A DNA stretch of 64,000 bases from a virus: positions 1 through 64,000 of the IMG/VR virus record IMGVR_UViG_3300028844_003737; one strand, written 5' to 3'. Both the position numbers and the translations under genes were made by a program. Shown here piece after piece: positions 17,525 through 27,326 of the stretch. Within the stretch, counting starts at the first letter, position 1; each line of letters opens with the position of its first letter. The notes below the pieces were generated by a model that worked only from the letters and a program-made list of their open reading frames with translations, ran no database searches and had not been told where the DNA came from.

Positions 17525-17553
17525 CATAATCAAAAGGATGAAGGATATAACAT

Positions 17554-17784
17554 ATGAAAAAAATAATAGAAATGGTTTTAGAAAGACACAAAGACAGGCA
17601 AACAAATTTAGCATCGGAAGGTGCTAGAAAAGCAATAGCTGCTGAAATAGAAGCTGCTATTCTTAGTAATGAAGGGGATAAATATCCTACAGATAAAGAT
17701 ATAGATAATTATTTAGTAGAACAGTACAATAGAAATAGACCTACTGATGAACACATAACAAATTATTCGGAGATTCAAAAATGA
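17554..17784 (+). CDS. Hypothetical protein
   Basis: AAGGA RBS. Confidence 0.65.
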   Translation: MKKIIEMVLERHKDRQTNLASEGARKAIAAEIEAAILSNEGDKYPTDKDIDNYLVEQYNRNRPTDEHITNYSEIQK

Positions 17785-18047
17785 CATACGAAGATTTTTT
17801 AGTAATGGCTCATAGAAGTACAGGACTTGAACCAAAATATAATGTTTATTTAGAATATGTAGAAGTTTTAGAATTTGTAAAAGCTTACGCTAATAATAAT
17901 TCTGATGTATTTTCTTATAAGAATACTATTTATAATAAGAAGATAACAATTGGCGAAGCTCAATCAATTCTAAAGAGAACTGAAAAAAAGAAGTTCGATA
18001 AAAATATTAGAATTTGTGCTCTCCAATTAGGCCTCAAATTACGATAG
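17781..18047 (+). CDS. Hypothetical protein
   Basis: ATGA overlap. Confidence 0.6.
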   Translation: MTYEDFLVMAHRSTGLEPKYNVYLEYVEVLEFVKAYANNNSDVFSYKNTIYNKKITIGEAQSILKRTEKKKFDKNIRICALQLGLKLR

Positions 18048-18058
18048 GAGAAAAAGTT

Positions 18059-18562
18059 ATGGCTAAGAAACCAGCATCATTTGAGTACAATGGTACTCTA
18101 GTAAAAGTTTTAGATGGAGATACAATCGATTGTTTTATCGATTTAGGTTTTGATTTGAAAATCAAAAAGCGAATTAGATATATGGGTATTGATACTTGGG
18201 AATCAAGAACAAGAGACTTGGATGAAAAGGCAAAAGGTTTATTAGCTAAAGCTCGTAACAAAGAATTATTAGAGGCTGGAGTTTTCAAAATAGTATCTTA
18301 CGGAACAGGTAAGTTCGGCAGGGTATTAGGTGAAATCTTTGTAGATCCATCAGCAGTTGGTCATGAAATATCAGAAAATGTTGATAGAAATAAAGATGGT
18401 TTGGTAAGTATAAATGACATTCTAATTGAAGAAGGTCATGCTTATGATTATCACGGTGGGAAGAAAAAAGATTTCAAAGCAGAAGCTAAGAAAGAGATTG
18501 ACGCGGAAAAGAAAGGTAAGTCTAAAGATTTAGTTGACAAGCCATCGGAAGAAAATCAATAA
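18059..18562 (+). CDS. Thermonuclease (SNase-like) family protein
   Basis: VLDGDTID, RIRYMGIDTWE, GKFGRVLG, GHA; AGGAG RBS. Confidence 0.88.
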   Translation: MAKKPASFEYNGTLVKVLDGDTIDCFIDLGFDLKIKKRIRYMGIDTWESRTRDLDEKAKGLLAKARNKELLEAGVFKIVSYGTGKFGRVLGEIFVDPSAVGHEISENVDRNKDGLVSINDILIEEGHAYDYHGGKKKDFKAEAKKEIDAEKKGKSKDLVDKPSEENQ

Positions 18563-19002
18563 ATTATGAAAAATAAAGTAAAGGGAAAAAGGTCACATGC
18601 CAACGAAGGAGAAAAAACAGAAGTGTTTGATTCCTGATTTAGAAATAATTCCTAAATTAGATCATATACTAACTGAAGAAGATGTAAAAGTATCATTATT
18701 AGAATTGAAGCGGAGAGTGGGTGCTCCAAAAATAAGTTTTAGGAAAAAGAGATGAGTGAATTAGAAGAGTCTGTATTGCGGAGCCAGACAATTCTTATGA
18801 TGGCTCGTAACGATAAAAATAGTAAGATGGTAAAAAGAATTCTAAAAAGATTTATGAAATTTGTAACTAGCAAATGAGGTTGTAATGTCAAAGAAAAACA
18901 AGAGTCAATGGAAAGACTATAAAACATACACACTTAGTGATGGTACTAAATTTTTAGCACGTGATGATAGTGATGCTAAATTGTATCGTTCAAAGGTCGG
19001 AG

Positions 19003-19188
19003 ATGAAGGATAAATGTGTAGTCTGTAAAAAAGATTCTCATCACAATAAAGACGAACACATAAAAGTTCGTATCGGATACATCGAAGGTTCAGGACAATT
19101 ATGCTTGAATTGTTATGATGATATTTATAATATAAAAAAAAGCAGAGGTAAAAATGATAATAAAAATAATAGTACCATACGCTACTGA
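19003..19188 (+). CDS. Small Zn-finger protein
   Basis: CVVC...RIGYIEGSGQLCLNC. Confidence 0.6.
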   Translation: MKDKCVVCKKDSHHNKDEHIKVRIGYIEGSGQLCLNCYDDIYNIKKSRGKNDNKNNSTIRY

Positions 19189-19220
19189 AAGTTCATCTCA
19201 GACTTGTAGATATATGAGGT

Positions 19221-19406
19221 TTGACAGTGAATAAAAGTAAGTGTGAAGTTTTACAGACAGTAACTACTGTAGACGGAACTCTTTATGAGGGTGAAGTTGT
19301 TACTGTTCAAGACAAAGAAAAAAATGGCGATATAAGAGTCAAGGATACTATGGGAAAAATATGGTACATAAAAGATGATATTTTAAAGTCGATGGAAGGA
19401 AAATAA
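19221..19406 (+). CDS. Small SH3-like hypothetical protein
   Basis: GAGG RBS; TTG start; beta-rich. Confidence 0.55.
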   Translation: MTVNKSKCEVLQTVTTVDGTLYEGEVVTVQDKEKNGDIRVKDTMGKIWYIKDDILKSMEGK

Positions 19407-19676
19407 AATGACTAAATTTGAAGAAGTAATTCATAATCTTACCAACTTTATAGTTGGCGAACAGAAAGAAGAAGTAGAAGTGTCTGCTAAAATACAAGTA
19501 GGATTTACTGCTCCTAAAAAGAAACGAAAGTATACAAGAAGGAAGAAAGTCAATGCCAGCAAAAAGAAGTAGTGATAGAACACCTAAGATCATATCCTTA
19601 CTAAAAAAAATGGAAAAACGATATGATATAATAGCTGAGTCTTTAGAAAAAATTGAGAAGAAATTGGAGAAAATAA

Positions 19677-19922
19677 ATGAAAACAGCTAAATACTTTAGT
19701 GCTGTTTGGTGTGGGCCTTGTAAACAATTCAAGCCTATAATGGAAGAGTTATCTAATGAAGGATATAATATAGAGTTTATAGATGGTGATGAGAACAAAC
19801 AAATGGCTATTGATGCTAATATTCGTTCAGTACCAACAACGCTTATTATGGATGGTGATAAAGAAGTAAATCGTATTGTCGGTGTGAGGAGTAAAGAAGA
19901 AATGATCAAGGAACTTTCATAA
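19677..19922 (+). CDS. trx: Thioredoxin
   Basis: WCGPC active site; IRSVPT. Confidence 0.93.
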   Translation: MKTAKYFSAVWCGPCKQFKPIMEELSNEGYNIEFIDGDENKQMAIDANIRSVPTTLIMDGDKEVNRIVGVRSKEEMIKELS

Positions 19923-20515
19923 TGGTATTAGATAGTTTATTGGCTGGTGTAATGCTGTTCAGTTCTTTTGCTGCTCGTACGCCAAATGTACAGCCCAATC
20001 CTGATGATTATGAAGTTAGTGTTGGAATAAGTAATGATAATTTTTATGCTAACAGACAATGGGAAAGAGAACTTGGCGAGTTCTATATAGATGATTTGTT
20101 TTGGTATAAGTTTGACAATGGTATTTATTTCAAACCTGAGTATATGGATAAACAAAGTCAAGATGTAAGGTATCTCAAAATTGATGCAAGACGAAGTTTT
20201 AAAGATTGGTCTTTTGGTTTTACAAGTCGTAACACAAATAAAGATGTATTCAGTAGAAACTTCGTAACATTCGTATCCTTTGGTATGTCTAAAAAGAAAA
20301 AGTATTACAATGATAAAATAGAAGTTGAGGCTACATTTGATGGGTATTTTCCACCAAACGAAGAAGATGGTAGAGATGTATTTGAATTTGAAGATAAATT
20401 CAAAGTATCATATAAAATAACAGAGAAACTTAGGTTGTATAACGTAGGTGAAATATCCAAACTTCAAGGTAACGAATTTTATAAGGCTAAGATAGGTTTT
20501 GAATATTCTTTGTAA
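19922..20515 (+). CDS. Putative small outer-membrane beta-barrel protein
   Basis: Signal-like N-terminus; alternating aromatic strands; C-terminal KAKIGFEYSL. Confidence 0.5.
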   Translation: MVLDSLLAGVMLFSSFAARTPNVQPNPDDYEVSVGISNDNFYANRQWERELGEFYIDDLFWYKFDNGIYFKPEYMDKQSQDVRYLKIDARRSFKDWSFGFTSRNTNKDVFSRNFVTFVSFGMSKKKKYYNDKIEVEATFDGYFPPNEEDGRDVFEFEDKFKVSYKITEKLRLYNVGEISKLQGNEFYKAKIGFEYSL

Positions 20516-20551
20516 TTGATTATATTTATTAGTATCTAATGGAGAACTCAT

Positions 20552-20866
20552 GTGGGTGAAAAAGATTTGGTAACTAAAGATGCTAGACAAAATCAAAAAC
20601 ATTTTATAAATGTAAAATTAGTAGATCTAATTGAATACAGACAATCACGAAAGTGGTATGTTAGTATTGCTGTTGTAGGTATGTTTGCTGTAATACTCAT
20701 ACTTATGATTTATTTTATGAGCCAAGGTAAAGATGTTACCGATGGATGGAAGGAAATTCTCTTACTAATGTTAGGTGGATTTGTTGGTTCATTTGCTAAG
20801 GTAATAGACTTCTGGTTCAATAATCAAGAGAATGATAATAAACTCTTAGAACACGCAGACGACTAA
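20552..20866 (+). CDS. Two-TM holin-like protein
   Basis: 2 TM helices ending ..VIDFWF; upstream of the endolysin. Confidence 0.5.
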   Translation: MGEKDLVTKDARQNQKHFINVKLVDLIEYRQSRKWYVSIAVVGMFAVILILMIYFMSQGKDVTDGWKEILLLMLGGFVGSFAKVIDFWFNNQENDNKLLEHADD

Positions 20867-21519
20867 TGAATATTGCTACGTTAGCTGGTCATCTAGCATT
20901 TGGACTCATTGGTTTTTCATTCTTAGTCAAAGATATATTTTGGCTTAGAATGGTATCTATAGCTGCGAGTTTATTCTCAGTATTTTATAACTACACCATT
21001 CCAACTGAACCAATGTGGTTAGCTATCAATTGGAACTTTATTTTTATCGCAGTAAATGCTTATCATATAGGAGTTATTTTATATGAGAAGCGAGCGGTAA
21101 AGATGGACTCTAAAAACGAAGAGTTATACCAAACCTTATTTAGTGAGATGACTCCAGTAGAATATCTAAAAGTTAGTAGAGCAGCTAAATGGGAGACAGT
21201 AAAATCAGGAGAACGGCTCATAACACAAGGTATGCCAGTTCCTGATTTGTATCTTATATATAATGGTACAGTAGATGTATTGGTTGATAACAGCACAATA
21301 GCTCAACTAAAAGATGGAGAGTTTGTTGGTGAGATGTCTTTCCTCACAGAAAAAGTAGCTACAGCAACCTGTAAAGTAAAATACGATGCAATATGTTTGG
21401 TTTGGAAACAAAGAGAATTTAAGGAATTACTAAAGCGTAATCCGTCACTATACTTTACTATACAATCTGTATTATCAGCGCAGGTATCAGATAAGTTAGT
21501 AAGTAGTACAAAGAAATAG
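20866..21519 (+). CDS. Popeye-like membrane protein with a cyclic-nucleotide-binding domain
   Basis: 3 TM (KDIFWLR, WN motifs), then CNBD LITQG..LYLIYNGTVDV..GEFVGEMSF..ATAT. Confidence 0.85.
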   Translation: MNIATLAGHLAFGLIGFSFLVKDIFWLRMVSIAASLFSVFYNYTIPTEPMWLAINWNFIFIAVNAYHIGVILYEKRAVKMDSKNEELYQTLFSEMTPVEYLKVSRAAKWETVKSGERLITQGMPVPDLYLIYNGTVDVLVDNSTIAQLKDGEFVGEMSFLTEKVATATCKVKYDAICLVWKQREFKELLKRNPSLYFTIQSVLSAQVSDKLVSSTKK

Positions 21520-21528
21520 GAGATAATA

Positions 21529-22005
21529 ATGTTGACTAAATTTGACGATATAATAGAAGTAGTATTACACCACGAAGGTGGTTATGTAAATGACCCAAAA
21601 GATCCTGGCGGAGAGACTAATTTTGGTATAGCTAAAAGAAGTCATCCTGATGTGGATATAAAAAATCTAACCAAAGAAGGTGCTAAAGAAATTTATTATG
21701 AAACATATTGGTGTGATAATAAAGTACCTCATATGCCAGAAAACCTAAAGCATATTTACTTTGATATGTGTGTTAACCAAGGTAGAGGGCGAGCAGTAAA
21801 GATATTACAGATAGCAGCTAACGCTAAAGGAGCAGATTTGAAAGTAGATGGTGGTATGGGTCCTAAAACTATCGCTGCTATGAGTGGAGTTGAGTTGGAT
21901 AGAGTGAGAGCATATCGTGTTAAGTACTATGCTGATTTAGTTACCCGTAAACCAGATTTAGAAAAATTTTACTTTGGGTGGTTCAGAAGAGCACTGGAAG
22001 TTTAA
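21529..22005 (+). CDS. Endolysin, glycoside hydrolase family 108, with a peptidoglycan-binding domain
   Basis: HEGGYVNDPKDPGGETNFGI; VDGGMGPKT; GWFRR. Confidence 0.92.
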   Translation: MLTKFDDIIEVVLHHEGGYVNDPKDPGGETNFGIAKRSHPDVDIKNLTKEGAKEIYYETYWCDNKVPHMPENLKHIYFDMCVNQGRGRAVKILQIAANAKGADLKVDGGMGPKTIAAMSGVELDRVRAYRVKYYADLVTRKPDLEKFYFGWFRRALEV

Positions 22006-22055
22006 TAAAAAAATAATTGTATATAAATAAAGTTTATGATATTTATATATAAGTT

Positions 22056-22248
22056 TCATACATACCAAAAGGATGGGGAGCATAGATAGATAACAGGGGA
22101 CAACAATTGTTTCAGACAGTGATGAGATACCCGCTCTACTTTTGGGAAGTATGACAAAAGAATTATGTTGCTCTATAAGAGAACATATGTAAAACGAATA
22201 TCAAGGTTCAAATGAAATTGATATTCATAGTTGACTAATGTAACTAAA
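22056..22248 (+). promoter_or_regulatory. Structured leader / ncRNA upstream of hsp20
   Basis: Rod TCATAC/GTATGA, CCAAAAG/CTTTTGG, GAGC/GCTC, then hairpins TATGTT/AACATA, GAATATCAA/TTGATATTC and AGTT/AACT before the RBS. Confidence 0.55.
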
Positions 22249-22262
22249 ATAGGAGAAATAAA

Positions 22263-22736
22263 ATGACTAAAGTTACTTTACACGGAATACCCGTAATCGA
22301 TAGAGATTCCTTTCTAACACCCTTTGACAAAATGTTTGATGACATCATAGGAAAATCATTTCCTGAAATCAACAAGCAAGTCGGAGTAAATCCTTTTCAA
22401 GGTACAGCATACCCAAAAGTAAATGTATATGAATTTGATGAAAAGGTAGCCGTAATTGCTGAAATACCTGGTCTTGATAAGAAAGACCTAAATGTTGAAG
22501 TTGAGGATGGCGTACTTACTATAGCTGGTGAAAAGCATAACGGATTGATTGATGAAGCTAAAGCTAAAGTTCTCAGAAGAGAATTGAAGCAATCATCTTT
22601 CAAACGATCTTTTACCTTGGGTGATCTATTAGATGGGGAAAGTATTACAGCAGACTTCAAAGATGGCATTCTATCCGTAGATATACCAAAGATAGAGCCC
22701 GAACTCCCAAAGAAGAATATTGTCAAAATTAGGTAA
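22263..22736 (+). CDS. hsp20: Small heat-shock protein (Hsp20/alpha-crystallin)
   Basis: YPKVNVYE, AEIPGL, SFKRSFTL, ADFKDGILSVDIPK. Confidence 0.95.
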   Translation: MTKVTLHGIPVIDRDSFLTPFDKMFDDIIGKSFPEINKQVGVNPFQGTAYPKVNVYEFDEKVAVIAEIPGLDKKDLNVEVEDGVLTIAGEKHNGLIDEAKAKVLRRELKQSSFKRSFTLGDLLDGESITADFKDGILSVDIPKIEPELPKKNIVKIR

Positions 22737-22926
22737 TAAACTTATTACCTTAGGCAATGACCTGTATATCGTTCTTGGAACGGTATCGGCATCTTCTGGT
22801 TTTACTGGTGAAAAAATTAAAAGTATGTGGAGATTAGCTGATACCGTTCTAAAGAACGGCTCAAATCACGATGAATTATATGTTTGTCAAAAAATACAAG
22901 AAGCTGAATATTTGGACATTAATTAG
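22720..22926 (+). CDS. Hypothetical protein
   Basis: ORF overlapping the end of hsp20. Confidence 0.55.
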   Translation: MSKLGNKLITLGNDLYIVLGTVSASSGFTGEKIKSMWRLADTVLKNGSNHDELYVCQKIQEAEYLDIN

Positions 22927-22965
22927 GTTTTACATATTTATTACTAATAAATAGGAGATTACCCG

Positions 22966-23853
22966 ATGTTTGAATCATCAAAATCATTTCATAAGTTAGT
23001 AGGATTTTCAGCATTAGCAATAGCTGGGAGCGCTGCTTTCTTTTCGGTTTTTGGGTTATCAAAATTATTTGCTGGTGCTCAATTTGCTGTAGTTATAATG
23101 GCTGGTTCATTAGAATTTGGTAAGTTAGTAGCAGCATCGTTTTTATATAGATATTGGGAAAGAATCAATATCATGCATAAAACTTATATGACAATAGCAA
23201 CCATCATACTCGTACTGATAACATCTGCTGGCATATTTGGATTTTTATCCAATGCTTATCAAGGTGCTACAGTAGGATTTGAAAAGGAATCTACTGCATT
23301 GATATATAAGGAAGATAGGTTAGACCAATTACAAGATGACAAAAAATTTCTGAAAGAGGAATTAGAAGCAGCTGTAAGTGAACTACCTGAAAACTATCGT
23401 ACTGCTAAAAGAAAACTAAGAGAAGAGTATCAACCAAAAATAAATCAAATCAATACTGATATGATGAATTTGAAGTCTGATATTGGAGATTTAAAAATAG
23501 CACTAGTAGAAACAGGAGTAGAAGTAGGACCAGCTATTTATTTAGCTAGGGTATTCGACACCGATGTAGATACAGTAGTGAAATTTTTTATCTTTGTTCT
23601 TATCTTTGTTTTTGATCCAATGGCAGTTCTTTTTGTTATTAGTTACAATGTTATTTTAGAAAAAGATAATATTACACCTACACCAAAAAAGAAAAATAAA
23701 AAAAGATGGTGGGAAGTATATGGTGAAAGTGCTAAACAAAAAAAGAAAGAATGGAAAGATAACATAAAATCTACAGTTAGTAACGATGAACGATTCGATA
23801 CAAAACCTAAAGAAGACCCTGTCCAATCAAGACAAGGAAGAAAAATAATATAA
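22966..23853 (+). CDS. Membrane protein with coiled coil (common in T4-like phages)
   Basis: 3 TM, coiled coil, EVGP..FVFDPMA TM. Confidence 0.7.
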   Translation: MFESSKSFHKLVGFSALAIAGSAAFFSVFGLSKLFAGAQFAVVIMAGSLEFGKLVAASFLYRYWERINIMHKTYMTIATIILVLITSAGIFGFLSNAYQGATVGFEKESTALIYKEDRLDQLQDDKKFLKEELEAAVSELPENYRTAKRKLREEYQPKINQINTDMMNLKSDIGDLKIALVETGVEVGPAIYLARVFDTDVDTVVKFFIFVLIFVFDPMAVLFVISYNVILEKDNITPTPKKKNKKRWWEVYGESAKQKKKEWKDNIKSTVSNDERFDTKPKEDPVQSRQGRKII

Positions 23854-23912
23854 AAAAAACTGGAAATAAATGCATAAAGTCCTTGACTTGCATTGCATTT
23901 TAATGTTAGCTT
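23852..23912 (+). promoter_or_regulatory. Repeated early promoter, copy 3
   Basis: 34 bp identical to 13843-13876; TTGACT-N18-(TGn)TAGCTT. Confidence 0.75.
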
Positions 23913-23935
23913 TAGACATAATGCGGAGACAATAT

Positions 23936-24466
23936 ATGATAAAAACAAAAACAGCAATTACTGCTGTAGTAGCAGTAACTTTAGTAAACGGAATTTTTTC
24001 GACTAATATGTTTGAGTCTTACAAAAATATGTACTCAGGTAAGATAGAACATTTAGAGAAAGAAAATCAGATTCTAAAAGATGAACTATCTCATTATGAT
24101 GAATATGGTATTGTAGTAGATGTAACTATGTATCAACCAAATACTATTCAATGTGATGATACGCCAGACGTTACTGCTGATGGAACTAAGATTCGTATCA
24201 GTAAAGCATCAGATTATAAGTTTGTTGCTTTATCCCGTAACTTACTAAAACGATGGGGTGGGCCTTTTGATTATGGTGATTTTATATTACTCAAAGGTGC
24301 TGACAAAAAAAGTGGTGTATACCAAGTAAGAGATACTATGAATCCTAAATGGGTAAATGTAGTAGATATTTTAGAATCAGAGCATGTAGAACCTTACAAA
24401 TATACAGATGCTCATATATTTAAATTGAACTGGATAACAAACAAAAAGGAAACAACGAATGGCTAA
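23936..24466 (+). CDS. 3D-domain (lytic transglycosylase-like) exported protein
   Basis: Signal anchor; coiled coil; VTMY..TADGT..VALSR..VRDTM..VDI. Confidence 0.75.
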   Translation: MIKTKTAITAVVAVTLVNGIFSTNMFESYKNMYSGKIEHLEKENQILKDELSHYDEYGIVVDVTMYQPNTIQCDDTPDVTADGTKIRISKASDYKFVALSRNLLKRWGGPFDYGDFILLKGADKKSGVYQVRDTMNPKWVNVVDILESEHVEPYKYTDAHIFKLNWITNKKETTNG

Positions 24467-24890
24467 AAGTACATTTGAAAAGAACGGTGGTTACTTCATT
24501 GATGGAGTAGCGTATATGGATTGCAAAGTAACAGGTGAGCCTGTTGCTAATGTGAGTACAGAAGCAGCATCTGTAATAGGTAGTAGGGCTGTGATGGGTA
24601 TGGTAGGAATGCCAGACGAACCTAAACAAAAAGTATCAACCGGCAGACCTGCTGGCTGGCATTTTATGAATGAGTTCGTAGATAAAGATGGTAATGTGTT
24701 TCATAAAGGTAAAGAACAAAAAAAGTTGAAAGGTACTTTACCACCTACTAAGGTGAAACCGGCTAAGAAAAAAACAAAACGTAGGACTAAACAAGAAATA
24801 CTTGTTGCTAGACAGGCTGAAAAGAAAGCTGCTTTGAAGAAAGCTGTACAACAACAGAAGGACTTTATCAATCATAAACTTGGTAAGTAA
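24459..24890 (+). CDS. Basic hypothetical protein
   Basis: GRPAGWHFMNEFVDKDGNVFHKG motif; RBS. Confidence 0.7.
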   Translation: MAKSTFEKNGGYFIDGVAYMDCKVTGEPVANVSTEAASVIGSRAVMGMVGMPDEPKQKVSTGRPAGWHFMNEFVDKDGNVFHKGKEQKKLKGTLPPTKVKPAKKKTKRRTKQEILVARQAEKKAALKKAVQQQKDFINHKLGK

Positions 24891-25528
24891 TGTTATCAGA
24901 GGACTTTCTGTTGGAAAGAGGGTATTGTTGTGGGCACGGATGTTTGATGTGCCCATACATCCCAAAACATAAAAAGGATAATACAGTAGTTATGAAAAAA
25001 GTTATAGATTGTTATCAAAATGAAAATCCAATAATAAATAAAGAACTCAGAGAAGTATCAGTAAACGAAGGCTTAGAAATTGCTACTGAACTATTTCAGA
25101 TACTAAATAAAAGAGGAGATGGTATAGGACTGGCAGCTAATCAAGTTGGTATTGATGCTCAAGTAGCTGTAGTAAATGTTATTGAACCATTGATTCTAAT
25201 CAATCCAAAAATAATTATAAAAGAAAATGAGATACCTTATTACGAAGGATGTTTATCTTTTCCTAAACAAGGTATTCATACTAAAAGATATAGAGATATA
25301 GTTGTAACCTCCACGCAAACAGACGCTAAGTTAGTATTTGGTGGCTCTGATGATGAGAAGGTAATATTAGAGTCTGTGTGTGTCCAACACGAAATAGACC
25401 ATCTTATGGGTAAAACAATTCATGATAGACAAGTAGATACTACTTATGTTGCTGAAAAGAAACCAGGACGTAACGAACCTTGTCATTGTGGTTCAGGAAA
25501 AAAATATAAAAAATGTTGTATCAGTTAG
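24890..25528 (+). CDS. def: Peptide deformylase with N-terminal Cys cluster and C-terminal SEC-C motif
   Basis: GIGLAANQ, EGCLS, QHEIDH; CCGHGCLMCPY; GRNEPCHCGSGKKYKKCC. Confidence 0.93.
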   Translation: MLSEDFLLERGYCCGHGCLMCPYIPKHKKDNTVVMKKVIDCYQNENPIINKELREVSVNEGLEIATELFQILNKRGDGIGLAANQVGIDAQVAVVNVIEPLILINPKIIIKENEIPYYEGCLSFPKQGIHTKRYRDIVVTSTQTDAKLVFGGSDDEKVILESVCVQHEIDHLMGKTIHDRQVDTTYVAEKKPGRNEPCHCGSGKKYKKCCIS

Positions 25529-26067
25529 AATTATTTGATATAGATAAAAGTGATTTACAAGTAAAGGATGAAGTAAATGTCTATTTAGATTATTTACAAA
25601 CGCCAAACGAAGCATTTAGTGGAATGCCAGTATGTCCTTTTCTAAAAGCTGAATTACAAAGTTATAAACTTATGATAGAGGTTTGGAGACCTGGTGAAAA
25701 ACCACTAAACGAATTATGGAGAAAGTTCTTCGATTCAGATTTTACTTCAGCAGTATTTATATGTATGGATACAGAAGAACTAAAATGGAAAGATGTACCA
25801 AGAGATTCTTATCAGAAAAGTATACAAGGATTTCTAAAGAATTGGTCTGATGAAAGTAGAAAATATAAAGCAATATTATTTTCACCTTTTGAAGAAAGAA
25901 CAGCAGCTGGTGAGTCTACTAGAAAAAAGTCGCCATACTTTCTTATAAATGTAGCTACAAGAGAAGAGTTACATTTATCACATACAAAATTATTAGACAG
26001 TAAATATTTCGATAACTTCTCAGAAGAGGAATTGAAAAAACTAAAAGTCAAAAAGGATAAAAAATGA
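25513..26067 (+). CDS. Hypothetical protein (CPF motif; DUF1415-like)
   Basis: PVCPF...SPY motifs. Confidence 0.5.
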   Translation: MLYQLELFDIDKSDLQVKDEVNVYLDYLQTPNEAFSGMPVCPFLKAELQSYKLMIEVWRPGEKPLNELWRKFFDSDFTSAVFICMDTEELKWKDVPRDSYQKSIQGFLKNWSDESRKYKAILFSPFEERTAAGESTRKKSPYFLINVATREELHLSHTKLLDSKYFDNFSEEELKKLKVKKDKK

Positions 26068-26420
26068 AAAGAATAAATCTAACAGTAATTCATATAATAA
26101 TTGCTTTAGTAGCAGTAATGTTTGGTAGTCTAAAGGGACAGCAAAATCCTATATTACTATCAGAGAAGCCTGAAATAATAGCGTACAGATTAGTTCCGTC
26201 TTGGGACGTTCATTGTCAAATAAAAATAGAAATTGTAGAGGGGTTAGGTTGGGACAATCTACATAAACCTCAAATGGAAGAGACTATGGAAGTTATTATG
26301 GATAGAATAGTATTTGAAGAAACCAATAGATATGCTATGAGAGAAATGTTTTATGTAGACAATAAACCTTATTATTTAGTTAGATTACCTTTTACGGATG
26401 GACAACAATGGGCAGACTAG
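26064..26420 (+). CDS. Secreted hypothetical protein
   Basis: Signal peptide. Confidence 0.6.
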   Translation: MKRINLTVIHIIIALVAVMFGSLKGQQNPILLSEKPEIIAYRLVPSWDVHCQIKIEIVEGLGWDNLHKPQMEETMEVIMDRIVFEETNRYAMREMFYVDNKPYYLVRLPFTDGQQWAD

Positions 26421-26713
26421 GAAAGTGGGATACGGTTGAACGTAAAAAAAGAATAAAAACTTATTCAAAACAAGACGAATTTTTTGATTATTTGAAAATA
26501 GCATTATACTTATTATTGACATATCTATATTTTCATTTTATAATAATGGGATGGCATTTATGATTACAAAAAGATACATAGAAAGTATCATAAAAGATTT
26601 AGATATAGGGATGTATCTTCTAAAGATACAGTTCTATTTAGCATTAGTATTTAGTTATATTGCTAAATCTATATACTCTATATTTTTTTATAAACAAAAG
26701 AAAAAGAAAGATT

Positions 26714-27037
26714 ATGAAGAAGAATTATTTATCTAATAAATACTTTATTTTAGCAAAGTCATTTCTGTATGGCATGGGTACATTTGTATTAGTTGGATTT
26801 TTACTTAGCTTACCTATGATGCTTTTATGGAATTGGCTAATGCCATTTATATTTGGATTACCAGAACTCACTATACTACAGACATTTGGATTTTCTATGT
26901 TGGTAAATATGTTTACAACAAAGTTAGACATAAATACTGATGTAACGGGTGGGGTATCTAATTTATCAAACATACCATCTCTTGCAAAAAAATATTTTGA
27001 TTTACGAAATGATTTAGAAGAAAAATTGACTAAGTAA
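26714..27037 (+). CDS. Membrane protein
   Basis: LLWNWLMPFIFGLPELT motif; 2 TM. Confidence 0.65.
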   Translation: MKKNYLSNKYFILAKSFLYGMGTFVLVGFLLSLPMMLLWNWLMPFIFGLPELTILQTFGFSMLVNMFTTKLDINTDVTGGVSNLSNIPSLAKKYFDLRNDLEEKLTK

Positions 27038-27071
27038 CATATTTATATCCATCAAGTCGGAGAAATGTAAT

Positions 27072-27203
27072 ATGGATATGGATTGGATACTAAACACATT
27101 GAAAGAAGCTAGAGATGACGAAGATTGGGATTTAGTAAGAGAAGTGATTTCTTATATTGAACAATATTCAGAAATGGCTGATGAATCTTGGATGGGCGAG
27201 TAG
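27072..27203 (+). CDS. 43-aa acidic peptide
   Basis: GGAG RBS; downstream of an ATATTTAT motif; absent from the ORF track. Confidence 0.55.
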   Translation: MDMDWILNTLKEARDDEDWDLVREVISYIEQYSEMADESWMGE

Positions 27204-27217
27204 AAATATAATTACCA

Positions 27218-27326
27218 CTTTAGCCAGAGGGAAGTTAGTGGATAAAGAAACTGCCAGTTAGTCTATCTGAACAAATAGGCCTATGGTTGGTTACTGGTGA
27301 CTACCGAACGTGGAACCAGGCTAAAA
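27218..27326 (+). ncRNA. Putative small structured RNA
   Basis: Nested stems TTTAGCC/GGCTAAA, GCCAGT/ACTGGT and GTCTAT/ATAGGC in an intergenic gap. Confidence 0.35.

Noticed and set aside
22022-22029. Canonical T4 late promoter TATAAATA
   Set aside because: An isolated intergenic occurrence in AT-rich DNA; the recurring motif is TATTTAT
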